Assembly: GCA_018238625.1 (NCBI GenBank)
Contig: JABCSY010000082.1
Coordinates: 1 to 18,415 of the forward strand
DNA length: 18,415 nt
Direction: 5' to 3'
Source of the DNA: Promethearchaeota archaeon
Lineage (GTDB): Archaea; Asgardarchaeota; Lokiarchaeia; Sigyniarchaeales; SOKP01
Shown here: positions 1 to 9,024 of the stretch, piece after piece
Position numbering within the stretch: position 1 is the stretch's first letter
Layout: every line of letters begins with the position of its first letter
Translations under genes and position numbers: made by a program
Notes under the pieces: model-generated
Told to the model about the DNA's origin: nothing
The model's database searches: none
The model's input: only the letters and a program-made list of their open reading frames with translations

Positions 1-10
1 GAATCTATTG

Positions 11-934
11 TCATAATTTTGAGAGAATAAGTTTTAATCTTGCATATATCTTGTTAATTGCTTGACTGGCTGCTGACTCCGGGGCATAATCTACGACAGG
101 TTCTGCGTAAGACATAGCTCTAGGAATAGATAAATCAAAATTAATTCTACCTAAAATATCAAAACCTGCTTTATCAATGTATTTATTTAATTGCTTTTGA
201 CTCGCGCTTTTTAAATCTGCTTTGTTAATCACAATCCCGAAAGGAATGTTAAACTGGTTAACCATCTCAATTGCTCGTTTCATATCGTGCAATCCTGAGG
301 GAGTTGGCTCTGTTATTGCAACTATATAGTCTAGACCTGAAACTGTAGCAATTACGGGACAACCTATTCCTGGAGGTCCATCAATTAAAATAAGATTTGC
401 GTCGTCGAACTCTTTGAGGTTTGTAGCGTGCCGCTTAACTTCTGAAACTAATAATCCCGAAGTGGTGCTTCCTAGCTTAGTTTTGCCGTAAATTAGAGGA
501 AATCCCGCATCTGTTTCATATTTTATTATTTCTCCGCTTTTAACTGAATTAATTTCAAATGCATCCTCAGGACATAAAACTTTACACGCTCCACATCCCT
601 CACACGCTAAATAGTCGATAACAGGAATGTTATTGTCCTCATCCCAATTTAACGCGTTAAATTCGCAAAAATGGTCGTCATAACATTGTTTGCAATTCAC
701 GCATTTTTCCTCTAAGAATGTGGCCTTTTTTGTAGTAAACGTGTCTTGAGTTAGTATGTCTTCCTTAGATTTCGGTGGTAGTATTAAGGCTAAATTAGGG
801 GCATCCACATCGCAATCTAATATAATAAGATTAATGTCCTGATCTTTATGCGCTATGCTTGCTAGAGAAGCTACGAGCGATGTTTTCCCAACACCTCCCT
901 TTCCAGAAATCACAGCAATCTTTTTTCTATTCAC
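11..934 (-). CDS. MinD-superfamily P-loop ATPase with inserted ferredoxin domain (COG1149), paralog B
   Basis: Deviant Walker A SGKGGVGKT, DCDVDAPN, inserted Cys motifs CVNCKQC..C and CEGCGACKVLCP, DGPPGIGCPV, TEPTPSGLHD. Its GTG start overlaps the TGA of the upstream paralog (931-934). Confidence 0.92.
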   Translation of the reverse strand: MNRKKIAVISGKGGVGKTSLVASLASIAHKDQDINLIILDCDVDAPNLALILPPKSKEDILTQDTFTTKKATFLEEKCVNCKQCYDDHFCEFNALNWDEDNNIPVIDYLACEGCGACKVLCPEDAFEINSVKSGEIIKYETDAGFPLIYGKTKLGSTTSGLLVSEVKRHATNLKEFDDANLILIDGPPGIGCPVIATVSGLDYIVAITEPTPSGLHDMKRAIEMVNQFNIPFGIVINKADLKSASQKQLNKYIDKAGFDILGRINFDLSIPRAMSYAEPVVDYAPESAASQAINKIYARLKLILSKL

Positions 935-1848
935 TTTGAAATTTCACCCCATTTTATTAGGTTCTCAAAAATTATTTCAAACGATTTGTAGCCAGCTCCA
1001 TCCCTATCAAATTTGCTTTTTTCTTCCATTAACGGAATACCTTGACAATAGGAGCTCACAATTTCTTCGTCTAAAGGAATGTCGCCTAAAATTTCTATAC
1101 CAATTTCTTCTAATTCTTTTAAAAATTTATCTTTGTAACCTAACAACGACGATCGATTCACAATAGCCTTGTGTTCTTTCTTCAATAAATCAATCAATTC
1201 TATAATTCTTAACAAATCAAGCTTTCCGAATCTCGTAGGTTCTGTAACTGGTATGACAAGATCAGCCCCACCAATTAATTCTTCTACGTCGCAATGGGCT
1301 CCAGGCGCAGTATCCAATATAACGATGTCGTATTTTTCTGGCTCTGTTTTTATAACATTTTCTAAATTTTCCATCAATTTATTTACAATTACAGCTGAGC
1401 GCGCTTCGGCTGGTTTTAATTCGCCTAGAAAAAGATCTATGTTAAATGCGGAGGCCGTATAAGTCCATCCAATAACTTTTAAATCAGGTTCAATTGCATT
1501 AGTCGGACAAATCTTATAACATAATTTGCAACCTGAGCAAACTGTCGATATTGGAATTGGATAGGAATCTTTGATGTATAAGAGTGCGTGTGTTTCACAA
1601 TTCTCTGCGCACAATCCACACTTAGTACATTTATCTTCTATTATTTTTGGTAGGAAATAAAGAACTTCCGTTTTATTCTTAAGCTTTGCGTTTAATAATA
1701 AATAAGTATTCGGGTTCTCAACATCTCCGTCGATAAGAAGTACTTTAAAACCCTTATTCTTAAATAATATTGCTAAATTCACGGCAACCAGCGTTTTTCC
1801 CGTCCCGCCCTTGCCACCTGTAACACAAATGATTTTTGGTTCGACCAT
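931..1848 (-). CDS. MinD-superfamily P-loop ATPase with inserted ferredoxin domain (COG1149), paralog A
   Basis: GGKGGTGKT, DGDVENPN, CTKCGLCAENC and CSGCKLCYKICP, DTAPGAHC, TEPTRFG. Tandem pair typical of COG1149. Confidence 0.92.
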   Translation of the reverse strand: MVEPKIICVTGGKGGTGKTLVAVNLAILFKNKGFKVLLIDGDVENPNTYLLLNAKLKNKTEVLYFLPKIIEDKCTKCGLCAENCETHALLYIKDSYPIPISTVCSGCKLCYKICPTNAIEPDLKVIGWTYTASAFNIDLFLGELKPAEARSAVIVNKLMENLENVIKTEPEKYDIVILDTAPGAHCDVEELIGGADLVIPVTEPTRFGKLDLLRIIELIDLLKKEHKAIVNRSSLLGYKDKFLKELEEIGIEILGDIPLDEEIVSSYCQGIPLMEEKSKFDRDGAGYKSFEIIFENLIKWGEISK

Positions 1849-1900
1849 TTTTAGCCTTGCTTTTTATAAATAAGTAATTTAAATTAATATTATTAGTTAG

Positions 1901-2359
1901 TTAAAATTGTCTTCCTCGACCGCCACCGCCACCGCCCATTCCTCGACCACCACCCATGCCGCCACCTCGACCTCCGCCTCCACCCATGCCTGCGTGAGCT
2001 CCAACGTTTGAAGTCGCAAGAACTTGCAATTTACCACCTAAAAGCAAATCTATTAATTCTTTCACAGTTCCACCTTGTGATTGATAAATTTTAATATTTA
2101 AAGCGCTTAAAGAATTCGACGCGTTAGGACCTAAATTGCCTACAATGACCTCTGTGGCTCCGTTATTACCGATAATTTGAGCAGCTTGAATTCCTGCACC
2201 ACCCATCGCACCTGCCGCATCGTTTGCGACGGTTTTAACTCCTACTATTTCGTTATTCTCAATTGTAACAAATGTGAAGCTTGCACACCTTCCAAAACGA
2301 TTATTCATAACTTCTTTCAAGCCTAAATTTCCAAATGTAGGAATACCAACTATTACCAT
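1901..2359 (-). CDS. NifB/NifX (COG1433, FeMo-cofactor-binding fold) family protein with Gly/Arg-rich C-terminal tail
   Basis: RFGRC..F motif, GAGIQAAQ, GNLGPNA, GTVKE. AGGTGA RBS upstream on the minus strand. Confidence 0.9.
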   Translation of the reverse strand: MVIVGIPTFGNLGLKEVMNNRFGRCASFTFVTIENNEIVGVKTVANDAAGAMGGAGIQAAQIIGNNGATEVIVGNLGPNASNSLSALNIKIYQSQGGTVKELIDLLLGGKLQVLATSNVGAHAGMGGGGGRGGGMGGGRGMGGGGGGRGRQF

Positions 2360-2420
2360 TTTTTATAATTCACCTTTTAAAGTATGATTAAACTAATTCT
2401 TGATAGAATTTAAAGTTTTA

Positions 2421-2434
2421 TGAATGATTATTCT
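2421..2434. promoter_or_regulatory. Putative operator TGAATGATTATTCT (one mismatch to TGRAT-N4-ATYCA)
   Basis: About 60 bp upstream of the NifX-COG1149-COG1149 unit. Matches 9543-9556 at 12 of 14 positions. Confidence 0.6.
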
Positions 2435-2598
2435 ATTTAATTTCCTCTAAATAGATATAATTTATAAGCATTGTGTTTAAAAATAGAATTGATTTTAAGA
2501 TAATAATAACAAGAAGTTAAGAAACGGTTAAATTTACTTAAGATTACCTTATTTTAAGCTTCATTTTCTAAAAATATGATTTATAACATCATAGTTTT

Positions 2599-2991
2599 TT
2601 ATCTTTGTCCCATTTCAGCACCTTTTATGAGCTCTGCTGATTTGGTCATATTTAATTTCCCAGCTAGGTAAAGATTAATTAATTCTTTAATTGTAATTTC
2701 TTGATCAGGTCCTTGAAATGTTTTAATATCCAAGGAACTTAATACTTTGGAAGCGTTTGGCCCCAGTCTGCTAACAATTAACTTATCGCCGCCATTACTT
2801 TTAACTAATTTAGCTGATTGCGTACCAGCACCTCCTTGTTCGTCAGCCGCAAAATTTTTGATTACTTTAACTTGTGTAATTTCATTATTATCTACGGTTA
2901 TAAAAGTAAAGCTGTCACATCTACCAAATTTGAGGTGGAAAATTTCGTTTAATCCTCCTTCTCGATAACTCGGTACTGTAATTATTTCCAT
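2599..2991 (-). CDS. NifB/NifX family protein
   Basis: KFGRCDSFTF, GGAGTQSA, LGPNA. Clear paralog of 1901-2359. Confidence 0.9.
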   Translation of the reverse strand: MEIITVPSYREGGLNEIFHLKFGRCDSFTFITVDNNEITQVKVIKNFAADEQGGAGTQSAKLVKSNGGDKLIVSRLGPNASKVLSSLDIKTFQGPDQEITIKELINLYLAGKLNMTKSAELIKGAEMGQR

Positions 2992-3215
2992 TCTGTTATT
3001 ACCTTTTTTTAAAAACTTTTAATTAACTCGAATTATATTTTGATTCATTTCTATAAAAGTTTACTTTTAATAAGTAAAATAAGCTTAATTGTAGTTTCTA
3101 ACTATAAATGAAATTATTAAAAGTATAGATTAAATTATATATATTATTGTTATTAGTTCTTAAATAACTTAAATTATATTAAAGGTTTAGTCTTACCTTC
3201 AAGTGAGAAAATTCT

Positions 3216-3758
3216 ATGGTTTCTTTAAAAAAAATGATGTATAAAATTTGCATAGTTGGTGATGGAGCAGTTGGAAAAACTACAATTCTTCACCAGTATG
3301 TTGATGGAAAGTTCATGGAAGATACTCAACTGACCATTGGAACAAATTTCTTTATAAAAGATATCATTTTAAAAGAATTTGATATAAGTATTAAATTTCA
3401 GATTTGGGACCTTGGCGGACAAGACTATTTTGCATCAGTCCGTCGTAATTTTTATAATGGAGCTAGGGGAATTATTTACACTTTTGATTTGACGAGAAAA
3501 AGTACTTTTAACAATTTAATTGAGTGGAAAAGTGAAATTGATAAAGATTTAGAAGAGGGATTCTCTAGCGTTTTAATTGGAAACAAATTAGATTTAATTA
3601 ACGAAGAAGATCGAGTAATAAACCTTGAAGATGTTTTACTTATTAAAAAAGAATTGAGTGTTTCAGAATACTTCGAAACAAGTGCTAAAAATAATACTGG
3701 AATTGATAACGCTTTTAGGAGATTGGCGATAGATATTTATAAATCATTAGCACCCTAA
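3216..3758 (+). CDS. Rab-like small GTPase (Ras superfamily, eukaryotic signature protein)
   Basis: G1 GDGAVGKT, G2 TIG, G3 WDLGGQ, G4 NKLD, G5 ETSAK. RabF-like segments IGTNF, KFQIW, FYNGA, TFDLT. No C-terminal Cys. Confidence 0.93.
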   Translation: MVSLKKMMYKICIVGDGAVGKTTILHQYVDGKFMEDTQLTIGTNFFIKDIILKEFDISIKFQIWDLGGQDYFASVRRNFYNGARGIIYTFDLTRKSTFNNLIEWKSEIDKDLEEGFSSVLIGNKLDLINEEDRVINLEDVLLIKKELSVSEYFETSAKNNTGIDNAFRRLAIDIYKSLAP

Positions 3759-3879
3759 ATTAACAGGTTTCTGATATGTAACTTGTTTCTTCCTAATTAT
3801 AACAAAAACTTGTCTTAAGTACTGTACTATCTAAAATTGTCTTGTTTTATCTTAATTTTTAATTAAGAAATTTAAAAAA

Positions 3880-3893
3880 TGGATAATCATTCA
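3880..3893. promoter_or_regulatory. Putative operator TGGATAATCATTCA
   Basis: Identical to 9481-9494 and the reverse complement of 9543-9556 and 9754-9767. Lies in the intergenic region upstream of mrp. Confidence 0.65.
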
Positions 3894-4076
3894 CTAAATT
3901 GTTTTGAATTATAATAAAAACATGAATGAAACCTATAGAATTATAATCTAATGTTTTAAAGGATTTTCAAAATATTAGCGATAGATTAAAGGATATTATA
4001 ATGTATCTTTAAAATATAATAAAATAGTAAAGAAAAATAAATTTAAAAAGTCAAATAAAGTGGTTGATATTTAAAA

Positions 4077-4949
4077 ATGGGAGAAGATGAAACACCTGAT
4101 ATTGATTTAAAGAAGATGGTAAGCGACGGAAAACAAGAAGCGATGGACGAGAGAATGGTAAGCATTCGGAATAATATGGCTAAAATAAAACACAAAATCG
4201 TCGTGATCTCCGGGAAAGGAGGCGTCGGCAAAACTACTGTATCCGTAAATCTAGCAATGAGTTTGGCAAGCGTAGGATTACGTGTAGGCATTCTGGATGT
4301 AGATATTACAGGACCAAACGTGAATAAGATGTTAGGCATTAGTCCCGAAGTTAGACCTCGCGTAGACCCCGACGCAAAGAAGTTCTACCCGGTTGACGGC
4401 CCTTTGAACACTAAGGTTGTTAGTATGGCGTTTTTACTTCAAGATAGCGACACACCAGTGATCTGGAGGGGTCCTATGAAGATGGGAGCCGTTCGACAAT
4501 TCTTGGGTGATGCGCACTGGGGCGACCTTGATTACTTAATTTGTGATTTACCACCTGGTACTTCTGACGAGACTCTTGACATTTTACAGCTGATTCCTGA
4601 TGAAAATGTCGTAGTTGTATCCACCCCTCAAGAAGTTGCAATTATGGACGCTCGAAAGACGATATCAATGGCAAAAACAATGAAAAGACATGTACTTGGA
4701 ATAATTGAAAATATGTCGGGATTTAAATGTCCTCATTGTGACGAATACATCGATCTTTACCCTCCAGGTGGCGCAGAAAAGGCATCTAAGGATTTTAACG
4801 TAAAACTTCTAGGTAAAATTCCTTTCGAGGTCGAAGTAGGCCAACAAGGGGACCAAGGATTGCCATTCGTTTTAAAATATCCAGATAGAGAAAGCACTAA
4901 AGCATTTAAAGCAGTAGTAGCTAAAATAAGAGAAGAATTAGAAAAATAA
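4077..4949 (+). CDS. mrp: Mrp/ApbC/Nbp35-family Fe-S cluster carrier ATPase
   Basis: SGKGGVGKTT, DVDITGP, PVIWRGPMK, WGDLDYLICDLPPGTSD, TPQEVA..D, IENMSGFKCPHC (bridging CxxC). Confidence 0.95.
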   Translation: MGEDETPDIDLKKMVSDGKQEAMDERMVSIRNNMAKIKHKIVVISGKGGVGKTTVSVNLAMSLASVGLRVGILDVDITGPNVNKMLGISPEVRPRVDPDAKKFYPVDGPLNTKVVSMAFLLQDSDTPVIWRGPMKMGAVRQFLGDAHWGDLDYLICDLPPGTSDETLDILQLIPDENVVVVSTPQEVAIMDARKTISMAKTMKRHVLGIIENMSGFKCPHCDEYIDLYPPGGAEKASKDFNVKLLGKIPFEVEVGQQGDQGLPFVLKYPDRESTKAFKAVVAKIREELEK

Positions 4950-4972
4950 ATCTTTTTTATAAATTTTTTTTA
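4950..4972 (+). terminator. Oligo-T terminator-like tract after mrp
   Basis: TCTTTTTTATAAATTTTTTTT directly after the stop codon, between convergent genes. Confidence 0.4.
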
Positions 4973-4985
4973 ATTATTTATGAAA

Positions 4986-5360
4986 TTAAGGATTTGGGTG
5001 CCCACCACCGGCGCAGGCAGCTTCGTTAAGCGGTTGCAATTTTCCTTGTAAAAGTAGCTGAATATTATCGTTTAGAGTCCCTCTAACTCCTTTATATAAT
5101 TTAATTCCATATTGAGTAAATCCTGCGAACGGTCGTCCGCCTATTCCTCCAACAATCATATCCGTAACCCGCCTATCCCTCATGTCATTAACGGGTTCCA
5201 TGCATCCCGTATGTCCGTTATTTTGCAAAGAAAATGCTTTTTTCATGTTGTTGTCTTGGTCAATCTCTATTCCTACAAAATAACTGCAATGTCCGAAGTG
5301 TTCGGAGATTGGATCTACTAATTCTGGTCCATCGGATGGAATTCCAATAACTTTATTCAT
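4986..5360 (-). CDS. NifB/NifX family protein
   Basis: ISEHFGHCSYF, GHTGCM.PV, GGIGGRP, C-terminal ACAGGGH. Confidence 0.9.
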   Translation of the reverse strand: MNKVIGIPSDGPELVDPISEHFGHCSYFVGIEIDQDNNMKKAFSLQNNGHTGCMEPVNDMRDRRVTDMIVGGIGGRPFAGFTQYGIKLYKGVRGTLNDNIQLLLQGKLQPLNEAACAGGGHPNP

Positions 5361-5398
5361 TTTATATCACTCGTGTTAAATATTTTTATTAATTCAAC

Positions 5399-5412
5399 TG
5401 AATATTTATTCA
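5399..5412. promoter_or_regulatory. Putative operator TGAATATTTATTCA
   Basis: Perfect TGAAT-N4-ATTCA arms about 40 bp upstream of the NifX gene at 4986-5360. A TATA-like TTTATAA lies on the minus strand at about 5429-5435. Confidence 0.55.
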
Positions 5413-5721
5413 TCATTAAATTTAATGGTTATAAAAAATCAGTTCTTCTTAAAAAGTCGAATGTAATTGCGACTAATCCGACAAAATCTAAAATTTCCTA
5501 TAAGTCCTATGAAATTTGGGATAAAATATCCACGTGATATAAAGTCTGATAAATACCTAAAGAATTTAAACAAATAGTATTATATTTTTATTATAAATAT
5601 GGAGATACAAAAAATCTTCATAATTACAGATTAAGGGTTAATCAACATTAGCTTAGATATTAAATCAGAAATCTCGAAATTTTTAAAGGGTATTATTATT
5701 TGTAAGGAATCTGGAATTTAT

Positions 5722-6147
5722 TTGTTAGATCTCATTTTAGATTCTGACATTAACCCTCTGTTGCTCTCTTCATTTGTTGGTGCCCTTCAGCTCTTTGGGT
5801 CCGAAAATATGGGAAAAATTGAAGAAATTACGATAAAAGGTTTATCGATTGACATGATTATCGTAAACAAATATAATCTTGTTATGATAACCATAATGGA
5901 TAAAGCTTTCGTTAAATACGACATTAGAGGAGAGTCAGAAAAAGCGTTAGATATGTTCTACGCTATATACAGAGACGAGATCGAAGATTGCTCTGAAGTA
6001 TACCAGTTCAATTCTTTCAAAAAAATTCTCTATGACCAAATTGAAGAATATTTTATAAAAATAAAAAATGAAGATCCAAAAGCCGAAATTGGAGATTTTG
6101 GATTTTTTACTGGAGCGATAGCGAAGCTGAGAAATGGTTCGCACTAA
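5722..6147 (+). CDS. Longin/roadblock-like (profilin-like fold) Asgard protein; true start probably upstream (frame open from 5635)
   Basis: In-frame upstream LKGIIICKESGIYLL, then INPLLLSSFVGALQLFGSE..GKIEEITIKG and a C-terminal F..F...I helix. This pattern resembles Asgard longin-like proteins. Confidence 0.6.
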   Translation: MLDLILDSDINPLLLSSFVGALQLFGSENMGKIEEITIKGLSIDMIIVNKYNLVMITIMDKAFVKYDIRGESEKALDMFYAIYRDEIEDCSEVYQFNSFKKILYDQIEEYFIKIKNEDPKAEIGDFGFFTGAIAKLRNGSH

Positions 6148-6149
6148 AC

Positions 6150-7034
6150 TTAAAAGTTATTTGTCTTCATTTTGAAAATTAAATCGCCTAATTTTACTTT
6201 AAATATTCTTTCCATCAATGAGCATTTAGCTTTTAATAAATAGAACATTTTTCTATCTATTATTTCCATTCCATATAAGCTTTCAAAATTTCCCTGTCCT
6301 TTTGATAAAATCACGCCATTTTTCAAAAAGAAGTGTTTCTTAAATTCGGCTGTAGATGTTGGTATATGAATTCCAGGTGTATCGCTTCCTTCGATCACAT
6401 GAACTAAATCAGTTAAACCAACTGATTTGGCATCCTCAATCGTTACATCATTAATAGTGGGAGCGGCTCTTACCGAATAAACAATTTCTAAATCTGGATA
6501 CAATTTTTTAATGGTTACAATTAATAATTTATCAAATACGATTTCTCCGCAATTATCTCCCAAAATTAACAAATGGTTTGTTTTCTGAAGCGCTTGCTTG
6601 AACTTATCGTAATCGTTTATTACTAAATCTTCTGGTGAAAAGCTCTTAATATCGTTTATAAAATCTATTTGGTGTTGAGCCGCTAGATCTATCGTATTTC
6701 CAAGAGCAGCAACAATAATCGCTTCGAACAAAGGATCTTCTGCCTTATCGACTATCTTTTTGGCTTCGTCGTAAAATTGCATAGCCAATTGATTGTACTT
6801 TTTTTTAATAGCCGCGTAAGGGTCTTTTACGCCTAAAGCTTCTGCGATAAGCTTGTATAATGCTTTTCCAAATATAGGAGAAGCGTTTTGCTCCATGTCG
6901 AGATTCATAAGATATTCCATTAATTTTTTCTGAGTATCCAGAATTATTTCTCGGGAGATATCAGGCTTTAACAATTGAAACGCTCTCAGTACTTGATTAA
7001 AGAGGCACCCAACACATTCAGGTTCTAATTGCAT
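6150..7034 (-). CDS. DUF89/ARMT1-like metal-dependent damage-control phosphatase (COG1578)
   Basis: N-terminal ECVGC, DPY...K, GN.ID, DNCGE.VFD, INDVT..DA, KGQGNFESL, LLKAKC. Confidence 0.92.
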   Translation of the reverse strand: MQLEPECVGCLFNQVLRAFQLLKPDISREIILDTQKKLMEYLMNLDMEQNASPIFGKALYKLIAEALGVKDPYAAIKKKYNQLAMQFYDEAKKIVDKAEDPLFEAIIVAALGNTIDLAAQHQIDFINDIKSFSPEDLVINDYDKFKQALQKTNHLLILGDNCGEIVFDKLLIVTIKKLYPDLEIVYSVRAAPTINDVTIEDAKSVGLTDLVHVIEGSDTPGIHIPTSTAEFKKHFFLKNGVILSKGQGNFESLYGMEIIDRKMFYLLKAKCSLMERIFKVKLGDLIFKMKTNNF

Positions 7035-7186
7035 TTTAATAATTCCTTTATATTGTGATAGTTATTGTGATTAGAAAAAATTAAGAAATAAATTAAATCC
7101 TTTTAAAATAGTTCAGAAAAAAAGGAATTTTATATAGAAGAAGAAATTTATAGTATATTATCATTTAACTAAATTTAAAAAAAAAT

Positions 7187-8503
7187 GTGAAAAAAATGTC
7201 AGAAAGTCAAAAAAAGGACAAATTAGATGTTAGACATACGTTTTTTATCGGTTTAGCTTTTTTTACAACAGGGATATCATGGTCAATGTATAACACTCAA
7301 GTCAATTTTACACTTTTTCAATATTTAGGTCTATATGCGCTCGTAGGTGCGTGGATGGCAATGGATAATATTATCGGGGTTATTATTCAGCCTATTTTGG
7401 GCTCGGTTTCGGATAATACACGTAGTAAATTCGGTAGAAGGATGCCCTATCTTATAGTTGGAATACCATTAGCCGCGATCTTTTTTGTTTTAATATCGAC
7501 AGTAAATTATCCGCAAGATCCTATGTGGTTATTACTTCTATGGATGTTCTTCTTTAATATTAGTATGGCCTCGTATAGATCACAGGCAGTGGCACTCATG
7601 CCAGATTTTGTAACACCGGCCAATAGAAGTAACGGGAATGCTATAATTAATTTTATGGGGGGTATAGGGGCAGTAATGGCTTATATTTTTAACCTCGTTT
7701 TAGTTCCTATAAGCTTATTTCTAGCATTTTTAGTTGTAGCTATTATAATGGTCATATCATTGGTTATACTGCTATTTACGGTAAAAGAAACGGATTCTTA
7801 TAGTTACAAATTGATTTTAGAAATGGAGGAAAAGGAAGGAGAGAAAATAAAAGACAAAAAAGAAAAAATGAGCCTTCTAGAAAGCTTTAAAGATGTAATA
7901 GGCGAAGAAGATAAAAGTACTTTATTTATGCTTCTCGCTATTTTCTCTTGGTTCGTCGGATATCAAGCACTCGAAGCATTATTTACAGTTTACGCAGGCG
8001 ATGTTTTAGGTTTAGAACGAGGTCCAGCAGGAGGAATGTTGCTTTATGTGGCGCTCTCTTTTCTTTTATTTGCATTTCCAGCAGGTATCTTGGGCACTAA
8101 AATCGGTAGAAAATTAACTATTAAAATCGGACTCGTCTTATGGATAATTTCTTTGATTGTTATGTTTACTTTTCAAAATACGACTGTGATCTCAATATGT
8201 TTCGTTGTTGCTGGAGCTGGTTGGGCTTTTATAAACATCAACTCAATAGTCATTGTGTGGGAAATGGCCCCTACAGCAAAGAAAATTGGCACTTACACAG
8301 GGCTTTATTATTTCTTTAGTTTCATGGCTGCAATCTTAGGTCCTTTTTTGGTAGGTCTAATTGTCGATGCTCTTGGTAATCATACACTATTTTTGGTAAG
8401 TTCTTTTTTCTATATTATCGCTTTAATTTTTGTATTTCTTGTTAAAAGAGGCGAAAGCGAACTTACTGAAGAAGCAAGAAAAAAAGCAATCCAAGAATTA
8501 TAA
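7187..8503 (+). CDS. MFS transporter (GPH/maltose-sucrose-like); start possibly ATG 7196
   Basis: About 12 hydrophobic segments, QPILGSVSDNTRSKFGRRMPY, ALMPD, second motif-A GILGTKIGRK, GTYTGLYY. Confidence 0.9.
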   Translation: MKKMSESQKKDKLDVRHTFFIGLAFFTTGISWSMYNTQVNFTLFQYLGLYALVGAWMAMDNIIGVIIQPILGSVSDNTRSKFGRRMPYLIVGIPLAAIFFVLISTVNYPQDPMWLLLLWMFFFNISMASYRSQAVALMPDFVTPANRSNGNAIINFMGGIGAVMAYIFNLVLVPISLFLAFLVVAIIMVISLVILLFTVKETDSYSYKLILEMEEKEGEKIKDKKEKMSLLESFKDVIGEEDKSTLFMLLAIFSWFVGYQALEALFTVYAGDVLGLERGPAGGMLLYVALSFLLFAFPAGILGTKIGRKLTIKIGLVLWIISLIVMFTFQNTTVISICFVVAGAGWAFININSIVIVWEMAPTAKKIGTYTGLYYFFSFMAAILGPFLVGLIVDALGNHTLFLVSSFFYIIALIFVFLVKRGESELTEEARKKAIQEL

Positions 8504-8513
8504 ATATTTCAAC

Positions 8514-8531
8514 TTTTTTTTTTTTATTTTA
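8514..8531 (+). terminator. Oligo-T terminator-like tract after the MFS gene
   Basis: Run of 12 T followed by ATTTTT, about 10 bp after the stop. Confidence 0.5.
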
Positions 8532-8564
8532 TTCAATTATAAAAAGAAGGTAGATTCATATTTC

Positions 8565-8975
8565 TTAAAGATTTTCTCGTACTTCTTCGAGAAGAAACTT
8601 TTCTAAAGCATCTGAAATTTCGGGCGTTACAAAATGTTCTATTTTACAACAAAGCTCGTCGAGCTCAAGACTATCTTTTACGCCTAAAATATTGATAAAA
8701 AAACGCTTCCATAAATTATATTTGTTAATAGTTCCAATTGCTATATTTTTTCCTTTCGTACTTAACCTTACTGATTTTCTCGGACGCCAATTTATTAAAT
8801 CGTTAGTTTGCAATTTAAACAACATGTTTGACACAGAAGCGGGCTTAACTTTTAAAAAGTTAGAAATCTCTGAATTTGAAACCCAACCACCTTTGTTTTT
8901 CTTCGATACAGTGTAAATTGCTTTGAGATAATCTTCGTAGGTATCATTAATTAGCGACATAGCACTTATCCACAA
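8565..8975 (-). CDS. DtxR/MntR-family metal-dependent transcriptional regulator (likely start ATG 8960)
   Basis: EDYLKAIY, wHTH SNSEISNFLKVKPASVSNMLFKL, LSTKG, FF..ILG, CKIEH metal-site motif. No FeoA domain. Confidence 0.92.
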   Translation of the reverse strand: MWISAMSLINDTYEDYLKAIYTVSKKNKGGWVSNSEISNFLKVKPASVSNMLFKLQTNDLINWRPRKSVRLSTKGKNIAIGTINKYNLWKRFFINILGVKDSLELDELCCKIEHFVTPEISDALEKFLLEEVRENL

Positions 8976-9024
8976 TCAATTTTTAACTTTTAAAGTTTTA
9001 ATTAATATAAAAATGAAAAAAAAA

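Noticed and set aside
3923-3936. TGAATGAAACCTAT as a seventh operator
   Set aside because: Only the left half-site matches.
5414-5427. Perfect palindrome CATTAAATTTAATG
   Set aside because: Single, almost pure-AT occurrence; plausible by chance.
5429-5580. Minus-strand frame with two internal TAGs (..LYHVDILSQIS*DL*EILDFVGLVAITFDFLRRTDFL*) and short inverted repeats
   Set aside because: No recognisable homology. It could be a decayed fragment, but this cannot be supported without a search.
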